DNA of 64,000 nt. Source: Octopus sinensis. Lineage: Eukaryota. The DNA is taken from positions 37,200,001 to 37,264,000 of the forward strand of contig NC_043009.1 in NCBI RefSeq assembly GCF_006345805.1, given 5' to 3'. The position numbers were made by a program, and so were the translations under genes. Positions within the stretch are counted from its first letter, which is position 1. Each line of letters begins with the position of its first letter. The notes beneath the pieces are model-generated. The model did not search any database and had not been told where the DNA came from. It worked only from the letters and a program-made list of their open reading frames with translations. Shown here piece by piece: positions 63,341 to 64,000 of the stretch.

Positions 63341-64000
63341 TATACGTATGTGTGCATATTTGTGTGTGCGAGTGCCTCTGTGTGAGCATGTGTGTGTGTG
63401 TGTGTGTGTGTGGTGTGCGCGTATATGCGCCACTGTAAAATCTGTCTCTTTTTTTTAGCTGTGTCTCCATGTGCTCTGTAGGCTAACGGATCGACGAAAA
63501 AGATTGATAAAATAAGTATTATACTGAAATATGAACTTGAAGCAATATGATTAACAAAATCAGGTCTTTTCAACTTGAGCGGTTTCAATTCTTGTATGGG
63601 CTGTGAAACAACGTACTGAAAATGTTGACTATTTTGAAATGTTACCAACATTTTGCATAATTAAATTACCAAGTAACTCTTTGGTACTACAGATTATAGT
63701 AGTTCATATGGTTCTGTATATATATATATATACATCTGTATTAGCCTATGTGTAAGTAGGTATATTATACATATATACGCAACTGTCTCATATACGCAAA
63801 TTTCTCATACAATTTATGTATGACACATTTCAAGTGGCAGGCTATTATTAAGTACAATTGAACATAAAATTTAGCCATCTTGTTTTCCATCAATTATTTA
63901 TGACTATTCTGAAAATTTTCCATACCCTAATGACTCCGATGAATAAAATTTGACGCCAATTATGATGTTTGTGCATTTATTGCTTCTCCGGAGAGAACTT

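Overview
AT-rich, intron-containing animal DNA loaded with repeats. The SINE families and microsatellite load look like Octopus or another coleoid cephalopod (inference from memory, not searched). The only host genes are three paralogs of a DHDH-like (dimeric dihydrodiol / D-xylose 1-dehydrogenase, Gfo/Idh/MocA family) oxidoreductase. Copy A (-) shows only exon 1, at 578-661; the rest lies left of the window. Copy B (+) is complete, with 7 exons at 9234-19790 encoding 329 aa. Copy C (-) shows exons 2-7 at 31820-57389, and its exon 1 probably lies beyond 64000. A and B are head-to-head; B and C are tail-to-tail. B and C are intact and about 73% identical, yet both lack the EKP proline and replace the Asp of the GGxLLDxGxY catalytic motif (Cys in B, Glu in C), which suggests functional divergence. 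The rest is transposable elements: five tRNA-derived SINE types with shuffled modules, mariner/maT/pogo/Tigger/hAT remnants, RTE, Tx1-like and REL-endonuclease LINEs, Penelope fragments with several hammerhead-ribozyme-like motifs, and a Gypsy LTR-PBS-gag remnant. There is also a solo LTR nested in a SINE and a 657-bp foldback with a telomere-repeat loop inside DHDH-B intron 1. All alignments and folds were done by eye.
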